64,000 bases of DNA, from positions 6,710 to 70,709 of the forward strand of contig JADBKH010000008.1 in NCBI GenBank assembly GCA_014896485.1, written 5' to 3'. Under the pieces are notes generated by a model that made no database searches, was not told the origin of the DNA, and worked only from the letters and a program-made list of their open reading frames with translations. Made by a program: the position numbers and the translations under genes. This document shows positions 9,041-19,407 of the stretch, in pieces (positions within the stretch are counted from its first letter, which is position 1; each line of letters opens with the position of its first letter). The stretch is from Bacillota bacterium. Lineage in GTDB: Bacteria; Bacillota; Bacilli; Bu12.

Positions 9041-11074
9041 GTGATGAGTGCGATGGCTGGTCGATGGATCCGCTGGCTACATCTGCGTCAGCCTCCCAAA
9101 GAAAAGGGCCAAGAATATGACCGTCGCGAAGCAGCTGCGATCTACGCAGCTGGCGGAGATGCTTCGGCTGCGAGTGAGCAGGAAGGTCGCTTTGAAGGTT
9201 TTCGTCGGTTTCCCGCCCATCCTTCTGCTACGGAAGGAAACCGGGCTACCAACCAAGCACCGACCCTCGGCGCGCTTGCTGTCGACTTGACCCGTGTGGC
9301 CGAAGAAGGCAGACTCGATCCAATCATCGGTCGCGACAAAGAAATCGCACGCGTCGCCCTGATTCTGTCGCGCCGCTCAAAGAACAACCCTGTACTCATC
9401 GGCGAACCAGGCGTCGGCAAGACAGCCATTGCCGAAGGACTGGCCCAGCGCCTGGCCTCGGGAGATGTGCCCCAGCCGCTGCTTGGAAGGCGGCTGTGGG
9501 CGCTGGACATGGGGCGCCTGGTCGCCAACACCCGTTATCGCGGGGACTTTGAAGGTCGTATGGAAAAACTGCTCACTGAATTGCGCAACAATCCAGAGGT
9601 CATCCTCTTTATCGATGAACTGCACACGGTCGTCAATACAGGCGGGACAGAAGGAGCCGTCAGTGCCTCTGACATCTTAAAACCGGCTCTTTCCCGCGGA
9701 GAAGTGCAGTGCATCGGAGCGACGACCCCAGACGAATACCAGAAATATATTGAAAAAGATGCTGCACTGGCACGGCGTTTCCAACCCGTCCGCGTGGCAG
9801 AACCCGATGTGGCCGCGACACGCCAGATTGCTGCCGGCATGGCCGTGGAGTTGGCACGCTACCACGGCGTTCATATCGAGGCACAGGCGATCGAAGCAGC
9901 TGTTCACCTTTCCCAGCGTTACTTGCCCGATCGCAACCAACCGGATAAAACGTTGGACCTTCTGGATGAGGCCGGCGCACTCGCCCGTCTTTCCTCGGAT
10001 GGAAGCCATCAGCCCGTTGTCAATGAGGAGACGGTAGCCTATGTCCTCGCCGATTGGACGGGCATCCCCGTGGCCAAATTGACCGAAAACGAAGCCGAAC
10101 GCCTGATGCATCTGGAAGCGCGCTTGCATCAGCGCGTCATCGGCCAAAACGAGGCGGTCTCCGCCGTCGCGACCGCCATTCGGCGGGCTCGTGCCGGATT
10201 GAAGGATCCCAATCGGCCGATCGGCTCCTTCCTTTTTCTCGGGCCTTCAGGCGTCGGCAAGACAGAGCTGGCCAAAGCGTTGGCAGAAGCGCTCTTTGGC
10301 GACGAGAAGGCACTGGTCCGCATCGACATGTCCGAGTATGAAGAAAAATTCTCTGCTTCACGCTTGGTCGGCGCACCTCCCGGCTACGTCGGCTACGAAG
10401 AAGGGGGACAGTTGACCGAAGCGGTCCGACGGCACCCCTATTCGGTGCTTCTGTTGGATGAGATTGAAAAAGCCCACACCGACGTGCTGAACACCTTGCT
10501 GCAAGTGCTCGAAGACGGTCGCCTCACCGACGGACGCGGTCGCGTCGCCGATTTCCGAAACATTGTGATCATCATGACGTCCAACGTCGGCGCAACCGAA
10601 ATGGCAACCGTCGCCACCGGCTTTCTGGAAAGCCAACGCGACCCCGATCTTTCTGTAGCCGAACGCACCTTGGATGCGCTGAAACGCCAGTTTCGTCCGG
10701 AGTTTCTCAATCGTGTCGATGGCTGGATTGTTTTCCACCGTCCCACGCTGGCAGAGATTTACGCAATTGCAGATCTGATGCTCCAGCAGCTTGCACAGCG
10801 GCTCCGCAGTGCTGGGTATCGGTTTACCTACACGCAGCAGGTGCGCGACTATCTCGCCCAGCTCGGTTACAGTCCCGCCTATGGAGCCCGTCCTTTGCGC
10901 CGCACCATCGAACAGCAGATTGAAAATCGCTTGGCCGAGGCGGTGATCTGCGGTGATCTCAAACCAGGGAATGAAGTCATGGCCGTACTTGAAGCAGGGA
11001 CCATCCAGTTCCGCTTCACACCCACACAAACAGGGCAAAGGGTGGCAAGCCTTGCTGCCGTAGGTGTAGAATAA
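9041..11074 (+). CDS. Class I Clp/Hsp100 AAA+ ATPase lacking Clp-N repeats and middle domain
   Basis: Two Walker A motifs ([16 protein letters not shown]), [30 protein letters not shown] and YGARPLRR. Confidence 0.9.
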   Translation: MMSAMAGRWIRWLHLRQPPKEKGQEYDRREAAAIYAAGGDASAASEQEGRFEGFRRFPAHPSATEGNRATNQAPTLGALAVDLTRVAEEGRLDPIIGRDKEIARVALILSRRSKNNPVLIGEPGVGKTAIAEGLAQRLASGDVPQPLLGRRLWALDMGRLVANTRYRGDFEGRMEKLLTELRNNPEVILFIDELHTVVNTGGTEGAVSASDILKPALSRGEVQCIGATTPDEYQKYIEKDAALARRFQPVRVAEPDVAATRQIAAGMAVELARYHGVHIEAQAIEAAVHLSQRYLPDRNQPDKTLDLLDEAGALARLSSDGSHQPVVNEETVAYVLADWTGIPVAKLTENEAERLMHLEARLHQRVIGQNEAVSAVATAIRRARAGLKDPNRPIGSFLFLGPSGVGKTELAKALAEALFGDEKALVRIDMSEYEEKFSASRLVGAPPGYVGYEEGGQLTEAVRRHPYSVLLLDEIEKAHTDVLNTLLQVLEDGRLTDGRGRVADFRNIVIIMTSNVGATEMATVATGFLESQRDPDLSVAERTLDALKRQFRPEFLNRVDGWIVFHRPTLAEIYAIADLMLQQLAQRLRSAGYRFTYTQQVRDYLAQLGYSPAYGARPLRRTIEQQIENRLAEAVICGDLKPGNEVMAVLEAGTIQFRFTPTQTGQRVASLAAVGVE

Positions 11075-11088
11075 CGCATCGACCATAT

Positions 11089-11175
11089 GCGCCGAGGGGT
11101 GCCCAATCATTGGGCTGAGAGCGGAATTCCGCAACCCTAGAACCTGATCTGGGTCATACCAGCGGAGGAACGGCA
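11089..11175 (+). ncRNA. TPP riboswitch
   Basis: GGGGTGCCC...GGGCTGAGA...ACCCTAGAACCTGATCTGGGTCATACCAGCGGAGGAA, directly upstream of thiD. Confidence 0.95.
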
Positions 11176-11180
11176 GACCA

Positions 11181-11214
11181 AAGCAGGACCGTTTCCTACG
11201 GTCCTGCTTCTTTT
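11181..11214 (+). terminator. Riboswitch-controlled terminator
   Basis: AAGCAGGACCG / CGGTCCTGCTT stem followed by CTTTT. Confidence 0.85.
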
Positions 11215-11233
11215 CGTAAAAAGGGAGGTTCCG

Positions 11234-12067
11234 ATGCCACCAAACGACAAGATTCCCCGTACGTTGACCATCGCCGGGTCCGATAGTGGAGGAGGCGCTG
11301 GCATCGAAGCCGATCTGCGCACCTTTGCACTGCTGCACTGCTTTGGCATGGCCGCAGTCACGGCGGTTACGGCCCAAGACACACGGGAAGTCTACCGCAG
11401 CTTGCCGATTGATGGGGAGATGGTCTCCGCACAAATCCAAGCCGTTGCAGAGGATATCGGTATCGATGCGGCAAAGACCGGCATGCTTGGCACAGCTGAG
11501 ACAGTCGACGCTGTCGCCGACACCCTTGCCTCTTCTGGGCCGCTTCCCCTGGTCGTCGATCCGGTCATGGTGGCCAAGGGCGGTGCCCAGCTGTTGGATC
11601 CCCCGGCAGTGGCACGCCTGCGGCAACGACTGCTCCCATTGGCGGAAGTGGTGACCCCCAATCTTCCGGAAGCCGAGGCGCTGGCCAACCGTCCCATCCA
11701 GACCGATGAAGACCGTATCGATGCTGCAAAAGAAATCGCGGCCTATGGGGCCCACTATGTCGTCATCAAGGGAGGCCATGCATCGGGAGAGCGTGCAGAC
11801 GATCTGGTGTACCACGACGGTACGATCACCTGGCTTTCTGCACCGCGCTTGGGGACACGCAACACCCATGGGACCGGATGTACCTTCTCCGCAGCGATCA
11901 CAGCCGGTCTAGCCTGGGGCCTTTCCGTAGAAGATGCACTGACTGCCGCCAAACGCTACATCACAGCTGCCATCGCTCAAGGCCTACCGTTGGGACATGG
12001 ACATGGTCCGACCAACGGTTGGGCTGGTGCAGCCGCATGGCAGGAAGGAGATACATTCCATGGATGA
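11234..12067 (+). CDS. thiD: Hydroxymethylpyrimidine/phosphomethylpyrimidine kinase
   Basis: IAGSDSGGGAGIEAD, KTGML, DPVM, TPNLPEA and HGTGC motifs. Confidence 0.95.
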   Translation: MPPNDKIPRTLTIAGSDSGGGAGIEADLRTFALLHCFGMAAVTAVTAQDTREVYRSLPIDGEMVSAQIQAVAEDIGIDAAKTGMLGTAETVDAVADTLASSGPLPLVVDPVMVAKGGAQLLDPPAVARLRQRLLPLAEVVTPNLPEAEALANRPIQTDEDRIDAAKEIAAYGAHYVVIKGGHASGERADDLVYHDGTITWLSAPRLGTRNTHGTGCTFSAAITAGLAWGLSVEDALTAAKRYITAAIAQGLPLGHGHGPTNGWAGAAAWQEGDTFHG

Positions 12068-12899
12068 TACCCTTCGGGAAAATGGCGCTGCGATCCGAGA
12101 ACAGATCATCGAACAAAACCCGTTGATCCATCACATCACCAACCTCGTTGTCACCCACAGCACGGCCAATGCTACGTTGGCCTGGGGCGCTTCTCCAGTG
12201 ATGGCCGATGCTCCTGAAGAAGTTGCGGAGATGACTAGCGCCGCGCAAGCATTGGTCCTCAACATCGGCACACTCACTTCGTCGACGTTGGCTGCAATGC
12301 GTTTGGCCGCTGCTGCTGCCACCACTGCACACATCCCCATCGTTTTAGATCCAGTAGGAGCTGGTGCTACCGTTTTTCGCACCCAAGCCGCACAGCGTTT
12401 GGCCTACGAAGCCCATCCCCAGGTTATTCGCGGCAATGCAGGCGAAATCGCGGCGTTGTGTGACAGAGAGCACCAGACACGTGGCGTCGACACGGTTGGG
12501 GAAGTGTCCCTTTCCAACCGCATCGACCTCGCCCAAGAAGCGGCCCGGCGTCTGCATACGGTCGTCGCCCTAACCGGTGCCACCGACGTGATCACCGATG
12601 CAGACCGCATCCTGCTGGTCGAAAACGGCCATCCATTGCTCACCCGCCTCACGGGCACAGGCTGCATGGCGACAACAGCTGTCGCCTGTTTTTTGGCCAC
12701 AGGCGCAGAGCCCCTGCTCGCTGCCGCTGCAGCACTGGGCGCTTACGGACTGGCCGCTGAACAGGCCGCTGCGACGGCAACCGGTCCGGGAAGTTTCGCC
12801 ATCGCACTGCTCGATCGCATCGCGGCACTCGATACACCGGCACTCCGCGCTGGCTTACGCATTCGGGATGCATCGAGTGAGGAAGGCGAGTCGATATGA
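12060..12899 (+). CDS. thiM: Hydroxyethylthiazole kinase
   Basis: PLIHHITN, GASPVMA, NIGT, LDPVGAG and TGTGC motifs; ATG 12060 overlaps the thiD stop. Confidence 0.95.
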   Translation: MDDTLRENGAAIREQIIEQNPLIHHITNLVVTHSTANATLAWGASPVMADAPEEVAEMTSAAQALVLNIGTLTSSTLAAMRLAAAAATTAHIPIVLDPVGAGATVFRTQAAQRLAYEAHPQVIRGNAGEIAALCDREHQTRGVDTVGEVSLSNRIDLAQEAARRLHTVVALTGATDVITDADRILLVENGHPLLTRLTGTGCMATTAVACFLATGAEPLLAAAAALGAYGLAAEQAAATATGPGSFAIALLDRIAALDTPALRAGLRIRDASSEEGESI

Positions 12900-13570
12900 G
12901 CCTTCCCAGGGATGAATTGGCTCAGCGACTACGCCTCTATGTGGTGACCGATGCTACGTTGGCACGCGGACGCAGCGATCTGGAGATAGTCGAAGCGGCG
13001 ATATCCGGGGGAGCAACCGCCATCCAACTGCGTCACAAGACAGCAGAGGATCGCGCACGCTATGAAGAAGCGGTCGCTCTGGCAAGGTATTGTCGCAAAC
13101 GAGATGTCCTTTTTTTCGTCGATGATCGTGTAGACATCGCCTTGGCATCCGGCGCAGACGGCGTGCATTTGGGCCAAAGCGATCTCCCCCTCCCTGCTGC
13201 CCGGCAAATCGCCGAATCTCGGCTACTCATCGGCATCTCTGCCGAAACGCCCCAACAAGCTCGTCAAGCGGCAGACGGCGCTGCCGATTATATCGGCGCA
13301 GGGACGGTCTTTCCGACATTGACCAAATCGGACGCAGGTACGCCCATTGGCATCCGTGGATTGGCCGCGATCACCCAAGCCGTCGACCTGCCGGTGGTCG
13401 CGATCGGGGGAATCCAAATCCAAAACATCGCGCAAGTGGTCTCGACCGGTGTCTGTGGCGTCGCAGTCGTCTCTGCGGTCGTGGCTGCTGAAAAACCAGA
13501 AGCAGCAGCACGTGCATTGCGCGATGCATTGGACCGGGCATTGGGAAACCAATTCCCCTCCGACAGGTAA
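12896..13570 (+). CDS. thiE: Thiamine-phosphate synthase
   Basis: LYVVTD, QLRHK, DGVHLGQSD, PTLTK and VAIGGI motifs. Confidence 0.95.
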   Translation: MSLPRDELAQRLRLYVVTDATLARGRSDLEIVEAAISGGATAIQLRHKTAEDRARYEEAVALARYCRKRDVLFFVDDRVDIALASGADGVHLGQSDLPLPAARQIAESRLLIGISAETPQQARQAADGAADYIGAGTVFPTLTKSDAGTPIGIRGLAAITQAVDLPVVAIGGIQIQNIAQVVSTGVCGVAVVSAVVAAEKPEAAARALRDALDRALGNQFPSDR

Positions 13571-13665
13571 GCGGCAGATGCCCTTCAACCTGCCGCACAA
13601 AGCAGGTATACTGCAGCAAAACCCCAAGGGTGGTCAGACCCTTTTCAAAAGAGGGATGGGTTGCA

Positions 13666-14277
13666 ATGAACTTTTTTGAACTTGCCGAAAGACGACGCTC
13701 GATCGGGAAGGTGACAGATCGTCCCGTTCCGCAAGTGCTGATCGAACATTTGCTACATGCAGCCATCCAAGCACCGAATCACCACCTCACCCAACCTTGG
13801 CGTTTCTTTATCTTGCAGGGCGAAGCCCGAAAACGCTTGGGTACCTGCATGGCCGAAGCAGCTCGGCAACGCGCCGATACTGCCGAAAAAGAGGAGGCCT
13901 ACTTTCAACGGGAAGCGGAGAAACCCATGCGCGCACCGCTGTTGATCACCGTCGCCTCGGTCAGTGATCGCGACGATCCGCTCCGCATCCACGAAGATCA
14001 ACTTGCTACAGCAGCAGCAGTCGAAAACCTACTGTTGGCCGCAACCGAAGCCGGACTGGCTGCCCAGTGGCGCACCGGCAAACCTGCTTACGACGATCAC
14101 GTCAAAGCTTTCTTTGGATTGCGCCCCCAGGACAGCATCATCGCCTTCCTCTATATTGGCTACGCTGCAATCGACCCACCGCCCAGAGAACGCATTCCTT
14201 GGCAGGCCGTTTCGTTTCTCCCAGACAGCACCAATGGCTGGCAGCCGCTCCAGCCACCCCATACCCCCACCTCGTAA
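13666..14277 (+). CDS. Nitroreductase family protein (YdjA-like)
   Basis: RRSI, APNHHLTQPWRF, ENLLLAA and WRTG motifs. Confidence 0.88.
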   Translation: MNFFELAERRRSIGKVTDRPVPQVLIEHLLHAAIQAPNHHLTQPWRFFILQGEARKRLGTCMAEAARQRADTAEKEEAYFQREAEKPMRAPLLITVASVSDRDDPLRIHEDQLATAAAVENLLLAATEAGLAAQWRTGKPAYDDHVKAFFGLRPQDSIIAFLYIGYAAIDPPPRERIPWQAVSFLPDSTNGWQPLQPPHTPTS

Positions 14278-14480
14278 GGAAGCAGAACGCTTTTCTCCGA
14301 CGGATGCTCCACTTCCTTTTTCGGACGCTTTGGAGAGATTTAGCCAAGAGGACATCGAGATAAAAATCCTTGTCCTCTATGCTTGTCCACATCGAAGTTA
14401 AAAATCATTTTTTATGTATTGATCTCATTATGATGTTGATATAACATACTTAAAACTGCCCCCAAAGGAGGAGAACGACT

Positions 14481-15866
14481 ATGTCTGCATCGACAGCCAC
14501 ACAGACAGGAACCATTGCCGCTCGTATCGACCGCTTGCCCCTAACCTGGGTCCAGTACTCGCTGGCGCTGATCACCCAAGCGTGTTATGGGATGATCATC
14601 GGAACAGATGCTGTCGTCGCAAGGCTTTATCCATTTGTCTGGGAACCCGCCGGCGTGATCACAGCGGGGCAATTTTCCATCCTTCTCGCTGCCAACACAG
14701 GCTTGGGGATCCTCATTGGTGAATACTTGCTCGGTTTCTTCTCCGATCGCTTCGGCCGTAAGCCAACCCTCATCCTTTCTGCTATCCTAACCGGCATTTT
14801 CCTGTGGCCCATTGCCTTGACGACCAACTTTTCCCTCTTGCTTCTCTTTAATATCCTGTACGCCATTGGAATGGGTGGGGTACTCTCTGCCAACTCGACG
14901 TACATGCATGAGATCTCCCCACCACGTGAACGTGGAAAAGTTTCCCAGCGCACCCAGACACTTGCCGCTTTTCTGCTTGGGGCCGTAGGTACAGTGCCTG
15001 CCATCTTTTGGGTACCCGATCACTATCAATGGTATGTTTTCCTTTTGGCAGCACTACCCGTCGTCACGTTGATCCCTTTGGTGGCTTTTTGGCTTCCGGA
15101 GTCGCCACGCTGGCTGGAAGCCAAGGGGCGCCTATCGGAAGCAGATGCCGTCGTCAGCAAGTGGGAAGAGCGAATCCGCCAACGTGGGTTTGAACTGCCT
15201 CAGCCAGAATCCGAACGACATACCGTCATTACTTCCGAAAAAGTACCAGTGAAAGAGATCTTTACCGGCAAATACGGCCGCCGGACCGTGATCTTGTTGA
15301 TCTGTTGGATTTTTGGATATGCCGGCATTGTCTACGGAACAGCGGGATTTGTCCCAAGTTACTTGGCTGCCCGGGGGTTTGACCCACAGACGACCTTCAT
15401 CGTTCAGTTCATCGGTTCTGTTTTCGGTGGAGCGTTGGGCATGTTCGTCAGTTCCCTGTTTGGAGAGCGCATCGAACGGCGGGCATTGGTCATGGGCGCG
15501 GGGATTCTTTTTGCCCTGATGACCTTGGCTCTCTATGTCGTACCGGGAACCATCGGCGTCTCGGTTTTGGTTATCCTTTCCAATGCGCCGGTCATTCTGT
15601 GGCTCTTCAACATGTACAATTACACGGCAAATGCCTACCCAACACGGTTGCGCTCGGTAGGTACCGGGTGGACCGATGGCATCGGCCATCTGGGATCCAT
15701 CGCCGGTCCTCTGATCGCAGGCTACTTCTTTGCAACGACCGCTTCTGCGGGACACATCGGATGGCTGCTGTGGATCGCCTTACCCGGTGCCCTGTTGCCC
15801 GGGCTGCTGCTCGGGTTTGCCGGCATCCGGCAGCGCAACGCCATTCTCGAAGAGATATCGACGTAG
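14481..15866 (+). CDS. MFS transporter (sugar/organic-acid porter-like)
   Basis: AARIDRLP, SDRFGRK, EISPPRERG, PESPRWL and YPTRLRSVG motifs; AAGGAGG RBS. Confidence 0.9.
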   Translation: MSASTATQTGTIAARIDRLPLTWVQYSLALITQACYGMIIGTDAVVARLYPFVWEPAGVITAGQFSILLAANTGLGILIGEYLLGFFSDRFGRKPTLILSAILTGIFLWPIALTTNFSLLLLFNILYAIGMGGVLSANSTYMHEISPPRERGKVSQRTQTLAAFLLGAVGTVPAIFWVPDHYQWYVFLLAALPVVTLIPLVAFWLPESPRWLEAKGRLSEADAVVSKWEERIRQRGFELPQPESERHTVITSEKVPVKEIFTGKYGRRTVILLICWIFGYAGIVYGTAGFVPSYLAARGFDPQTTFIVQFIGSVFGGALGMFVSSLFGERIERRALVMGAGILFALMTLALYVVPGTIGVSVLVILSNAPVILWLFNMYNYTANAYPTRLRSVGTGWTDGIGHLGSIAGPLIAGYFFATTASAGHIGWLLWIALPGALLPGLLLGFAGIRQRNAILEEIST

Positions 15867-15882
15867 CAGCTTCGCTTTGCTT

Positions 15883-16740
15883 TTACGGGATGAATTCGCG
15901 AATGCCCAAGGCCATCAAAAGGCCAGCAAAAATCCAGGTAATCCACGCACCGGAAAGGCGTGTCGAAAGGGCAGCACCCAGTTGTGCGCCACCGATCATG
16001 CCAATGCCGAGCGGAATCGCTGTCCGCCAGACGACATGACCGAGTGCCAGATGCGTACCCAGCCCAAAAAAACTGTTAATCGCGAGGATAAATGTCGAAG
16101 TGGCTGTGGCAAAATGCATTGGGAGCCCCACCAAGCCCGCCAGTACCGGCACATTGATCACACCACCGCCGATTCCAAAGAGGCTGGAGATAAAGCCGAT
16201 ACCCAATCCGATCACCATGGGCCAGCGCAAATCGTAGGAGAACCAATGCGTCGTCCCTTGAAAGGCAACGGTATGACCCACCTGAAACCAGTGCGTAGGC
16301 GGCGTATGTTCTTTGTCCGCTCCGGAGGCAGCGGGAGGATGCCGTTGACGCCAGACCATGTAGACAGCGATACTTAGCTGCAAAATACCAAAAAGGATCG
16401 CAAAAAGGTGTGCGTCGACCCTGCGGACGATAAAAGCACCTACAACCGAGCCGGGCAACGTGGCAATGGCCATCAAAAGCCCGGCTTTGACCTCCACACG
16501 ATGCTGGCGCAGATAGGTGACACTGCCAGAGAGGCCGTTGAGAAAGACGGCAAACAGCGAGGTTCCCGCTGCCTGCATCGGGGTAAAATGGTATACCCAC
16601 ATGAGCACGGGTACGACCAAAAACGCTCCGCCAACGCCCACCAGCGTCCCTAAAAATCCCGAAAATACGCCCAATAAGAATGAGACCAGTGTCCAAAGTG
16701 TGACCGCCGGAAATGCCCCCTTCTCTCTGCTGGCGGACAA
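15883..16740 (-). CDS. TauE/SafE (TSUP) family permease
   Basis: Duplicated GVGGAFLVVP / GIGGGVINVP motifs with AAGTSL and ATATS. Confidence 0.88.
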   Translation of the reverse strand: MSASREKGAFPAVTLWTLVSFLLGVFSGFLGTLVGVGGAFLVVPVLMWVYHFTPMQAAGTSLFAVFLNGLSGSVTYLRQHRVEVKAGLLMAIATLPGSVVGAFIVRRVDAHLFAILFGILQLSIAVYMVWRQRHPPAASGADKEHTPPTHWFQVGHTVAFQGTTHWFSYDLRWPMVIGLGIGFISSLFGIGGGVINVPVLAGLVGLPMHFATATSTFILAINSFFGLGTHLALGHVVWRTAIPLGIGMIGGAQLGAALSTRLSGAWITWIFAGLLMALGIREFIP

Positions 16741-16876
16741 GATAGCCGTTTTAGTCTATCAACGCAGGGAAAGGTACGCAAGGAGAGGCTACAACACCCT
16801 TCTCAATGCGGTGCTACAATGGAAAGACGAATGGACACAAAACGGTTTTGCAGGTAAAGGAGATGACGGCGCTTCC

Positions 16877-18127
16877 ATGGAAACGTGGCAGCGAAATCTA
16901 TACGCCATGGTGATTGTGCAGTTTGTTATGTCGATCGCCTTTTCGACGATGACTCCTTTCTTACCGTTTTTCGTCCAACAGCTCGGTGTCCCCCATGGCA
17001 GCAGTGTCGAAGTCTGGTCTGGTCTTATTTTCTCGGCCAATTTTTTGATGGCAGCGATTCTTTCCCCCTATTGGGGCTACCTTTCCGATCGCCTGGGCCG
17101 CAAGCCCATGGTGCTGCGTTCGACCCTTGCCGTCGCAGTCTTTACGGCGGCGATGGGGTTCTCGCAAAACGTCTACGAATTGTTGGCGGCCCGCGCGATA
17201 ATGGGCGCGCTTTCGGGCTTTTCTGCAGCCGCCACCACCCTCGTCGCCACACAAGCACCCCGGGAACGCGTCGGATACTCCTTAGGTTTGTTACAGACCG
17301 GTCAAGTGAGTGGGGCAGTCTTTGGCCCTTTGCTGGGGGGCTTGCTCTCTGACTGGCTGGGAAGCTATCGGTATGTCTTTTGGGTAACCGGTCTCCTTGC
17401 ATTCGTCGCCACACTTCTGGTGGTGTTCATGGTACAAGAGCACTTTGTCCCCGCACGGGAGGCTTCCAAACGTCCCTCACTGTTCCGCTCCTTTGCTACT
17501 GTCGCTAGAGAACGCCAGCTTCTGCCCATGTTTGTCGTGCTGTTTATGGGGCAACTCGGCATCATGTCGATCGCACCGGTATTAACGCTGTACACCGCGT
17601 CGTTGCTTGGAGAGAACCATCCCCACCTTGGCCTGTTGGCCGGCTCTGCGCAAGCCGTCACTGGAATCGCCAATGCGATCGCTTCACCGCTGATCGGGCG
17701 TCAATCCGACCGCATCGGCCAAAAGCGTGTGCTCATTGCCGCCTTGATTGGGGCGGCCTGTTTTTTGGCGCCTCAAGGGCTGGTGGGCAGTTACCCGATC
17801 TTTCTGGGGCTGCGTTTTGGCCTGGGTCTCATGCTGGGCGGCCTGCTTCCCTCGGCAAACGCACTGGTCTCCAAACTGGCACCCCCTTCCATGCGCGGTC
17901 AAGCCTTCGGCTTAACCGCGTCGACAACCTTTTTGGGCAATTTCGGCGGCCCTCTGTTGGGCGGATTCGTCTCAAGTGCCTATGGTATTCCGACCATGTT
18001 TCTGGTGACTGCCTTCTTGTTGTTCGCCAACGCCTGTTGGGTCTTGCTTGCCGTGCCCAGGTTGGCACCCTCCCCTGCCAGGGCAACATCCCCCCTTACG
18101 CAGCAGGGCAAACACCTGCCTCAGTGA
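16877..18127 (+). CDS. MFS efflux transporter (DHA1, MdtG-like)
   Basis: WQRNL, PFLP, WGYLSDRLGRKPMVLR and GPLLGG motifs; start moved to ATG 16877. Confidence 0.88.
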   Translation: METWQRNLYAMVIVQFVMSIAFSTMTPFLPFFVQQLGVPHGSSVEVWSGLIFSANFLMAAILSPYWGYLSDRLGRKPMVLRSTLAVAVFTAAMGFSQNVYELLAARAIMGALSGFSAAATTLVATQAPRERVGYSLGLLQTGQVSGAVFGPLLGGLLSDWLGSYRYVFWVTGLLAFVATLLVVFMVQEHFVPAREASKRPSLFRSFATVARERQLLPMFVVLFMGQLGIMSIAPVLTLYTASLLGENHPHLGLLAGSAQAVTGIANAIASPLIGRQSDRIGQKRVLIAALIGAACFLAPQGLVGSYPIFLGLRFGLGLMLGGLLPSANALVSKLAPPSMRGQAFGLTASTTFLGNFGGPLLGGFVSSAYGIPTMFLVTAFLLFANACWVLLAVPRLAPSPARATSPLTQQGKHLPQ

Positions 18128-18162
18128 GTGCACCGAAGATTTCAAGGTCAGGAGGCCTACCG

Positions 18163-19407
18163 ATGGATGCACACATCGCCACACTCACCCGCTTGATCGA
18201 AAAGGCGCGCGAGACAATTACACCTTTTGTCCACCGCACGCCGATGGAACACTCCACCACGCTCTCGACACTCAGCGGGGCCGAGGTCTTCTTGAAACTC
18301 GAAAACCTGCAGAAAACCGGCTCTTTCAAAATTCGCGGCGCAACCTATGCGCTGGCCCGCTTGAGGCAGAAGGGATTTCGTGGAGGCGTGGTCGCTGCCT
18401 CAGCAGGTAATCACGCTCAAGGCGTAGCCTACGCAGCCTCCCAATTCGGCTTTCCAGCAACCATCGTCATGCCCGTCCATGCTTCTTTGGCCAAAGTGGA
18501 AGCAACCAAGGGATACGGTGCTGCCGTCGAGCTGGTCGGTCAGGATTTTGGGGAAGCCTACACATATGCTCAGGCGCTGGCTGCTAAAAACACAATGCGT
18601 TTTATCCCTGCCTTCGACGATCTGGCCGTGATCGCAGGGCAAGGTACCGTTGGCTTGGAGATCGTCGAGCAGCTGCCTGACGTCGACGCCATTGTCGTTG
18701 CGACAGGAGGGGGTGGCCTGATCGCAGGCATCACCGCTGCCGTCAAAGCGCAGCGCCCAGAAGTCGCCGTCTACGGAGTGCAGGCGCAAGACGCCGATGC
18801 CATGGTACGCTCTTATCAAACCGGACACCTTACAACAGGGGGAGTCGCCACCATCGCCGACGGTATCGCCGTCGGTCAGCCCGGCCGGCTTCCTTTTGCT
18901 GTGATCCGTCACCACGTCGACGGCTTGGTGACCGTCACGGATGAACAGATCGCTACAGCCATGCTGCTTTTACTGGAACGTTCCAAACAAGTGGTCGAAG
19001 CAGCCGGTGCGGCTCCGTTGGCTGCATTGTTGGGTGGGGAATTGCCCCTGAAAGGAAAACGCGTGGCGCTTGTCCTTTCCGGTGGAAACGTGGATGTCGT
19101 CTTCCTCCAACACGTGTTGGAATATGCCTTACAGGCTGAAGGGCGCTACTGGCGTACGCAAGTGATCCTCACCGATCGACCTGGCAGCCTCGCCACCTTG
19201 CTCATGCTGGTGGCTTCGACCGGTGCCAACTTACTCTCGATCGAGCACCACCGCGAAGGTCGGCGATCGGCCGTCTCACGCATCGAAGTTGAACTGGCAC
19301 TCGAAACCTCCGGCTCAGCGCACATCGCACAACTGAAGCAGTTGTTGCAGCAGGAAGGCTATACGCTCAGCGAGACTGAATCGTCTAACGCAGCGCCCCA
19401 TCGGTAA
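18163..19407 (+). CDS. ilvA: Threonine ammonia-lyase with C-terminal ACT domain
   Basis: KLENLQKTGSFKIRGA, SAGNHAQG, GGGGL, SGGN and DRPGSL motifs; AGGAGG RBS. Confidence 0.9.
   Translation: MDAHIATLTRLIEKARETITPFVHRTPMEHSTTLSTLSGAEVFLKLENLQKTGSFKIRGATYALARLRQKGFRGGVVAASAGNHAQGVAYAASQFGFPATIVMPVHASLAKVEATKGYGAAVELVGQDFGEAYTYAQALAAKNTMRFIPAFDDLAVIAGQGTVGLEIVEQLPDVDAIVVATGGGGLIAGITAAVKAQRPEVAVYGVQAQDADAMVRSYQTGHLTTGGVATIADGIAVGQPGRLPFAVIRHHVDGLVTVTDEQIATAMLLLLERSKQVVEAAGAAPLAALLGGELPLKGKRVALVLSGGNVDVVFLQHVLEYALQAEGRYWRTQVILTDRPGSLATLLMLVASTGANLLSIEHHREGRRSAVSRIEVELALETSGSAHIAQLKQLLQQEGYTLSETESSNAAPHR

Noticed and set aside
16517-16876. N-terminal extensions in the ORF track (MFS 16517, ugpA-like 24235, thrS 31398, HPr 53274, Nudix 51704)
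   Set aside because: They overlap other genes or leaders; downstream starts with a proper RBS match family lengths.
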